This document shows positions 22,880 through 23,414 of a stretch of DNA of 23,414 bases, piece after piece. Both the position numbers and the translations under genes were made by a program. Within the stretch, counting starts at the first letter, position 1. Each line of letters opens with the position of its first letter. Under the pieces are notes generated by a model that was not told where the DNA came from, made no database searches, and saw only the letters and a program-made list of their open reading frames with translations. Source of the DNA: a bacterium (GTDB lineage Bacteria; SAR324; NAC60-12); assembly GCA_965233585.1 (NCBI GenBank), contig CBDDTI010000272.1, forward strand, positions 1-23,414. Reading direction: 5' to 3'.

Positions 22880-23066
22880 AGGAAATAGTGTTTGTCAGTC
22901 AAGGATGTTATAAGTCTGGACCGTTGAAAGTGATTGTTTAGTTTGGCCATAATGGTATTGGCCGAAAGATTCTTGTTAAGTTTATCATTAGCTGTTGGTC
23001 AGTTTCGATTCGTCTATTGTTCCAGTCAAAATGGTCGGTTTGAGGTCCGTCTATTGTTAGTCAAAA

Positions 23067-23413
23067 TTAAGTCGGTCTGCTAGAAGTCCGTTTGTCGGTT
23101 TCGTTTTCGTCGTGGATAAGTCGTTTTTAAGGTGTTGGTAGTTGTTGACATCTGTTAAGAGGTGTTTGTTCTAGGTTAGCGTACCAGTTTTCCAGAGTCA
23201 GTCATTGAAAATGGTTTGTACATGTACTGTAGGTTAAGCATTAAGCAGAGTCCCAGTCAATGTTGGGGTTTGTCAGTTGATGATGTACAGCAATGTGATT
23301 GTTGGCGTCACCATTTCTCGTGGCTCGTTTGTGTTCAGTCAGCCTAGCGTTAAGGTTATATCAGTCTCGCCAATATAGAAAGCCTGGCAGTCGGAGCATT
23401 TGAACTGGTAAAC
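23067..23413 (-). pseudogene. GIY-YIG endonuclease domain of a Penelope-like element, disrupted
   Basis: VYQFKCSDCQAFYIGET / frameshift / NLNARLTEHKRATRNGDANNHIAVHHQLTNPNIDWDSA*CLTYST...Q*LTLENW...PLNRCQQLPTP*KRLI. Confidence 0.9.
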
Positions 23414-23414
23414 T

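Larger units (their letters stand above)
22791..23414 (-). mobile_element. Penelope-like retroelement 3' end (dead copy), runs off the window
   Basis: GIY-YIG remnant followed by a 3' UTR and a terminal repeat that carries a hammerhead-like motif. Confidence 0.9.

Overview
Eukaryotic, AT-rich, intron-containing genomic DNA. The gene content and repeat families suggest an anthozoan cnidarian, probably a stony coral (inference). Three spliced genes can be reconstructed with phase-consistent GT-AG introns. (1) A + strand secreted C-type lectin + PAN/apple protein, join(227..295,419..434,2415..2619,3954..4123,4651..4916), 241 aa. (2) A - strand TRC8/RNF139-type ER membrane RING-H2 E3 ligase, complement join(10027..10319,10890..12194,13425..13590), 587 aa. 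(3) A + strand AP-5 beta subunit (AP5B1), first 10 coding exons (213 aa, 14077..21498), head-to-head with TRC8 and continuing beyond the window. The rest is a dense mobile-element landscape: a 1.7-kb foldback element with a 7-bp TSD, two tRNA-cored elements with inverted 5' ends and 13-14 bp TSDs, a dead Penelope 3' end (GIY-YIG plus degenerate hammerhead), SINEs and many MITEs. The least expected signal is 14 exact TACATGTA copies in about 6 kb of AP5B1 introns. At least one is a +6 bp insertion at a TA by internal comparison, matching the classic Tc1/mariner excision footprint.
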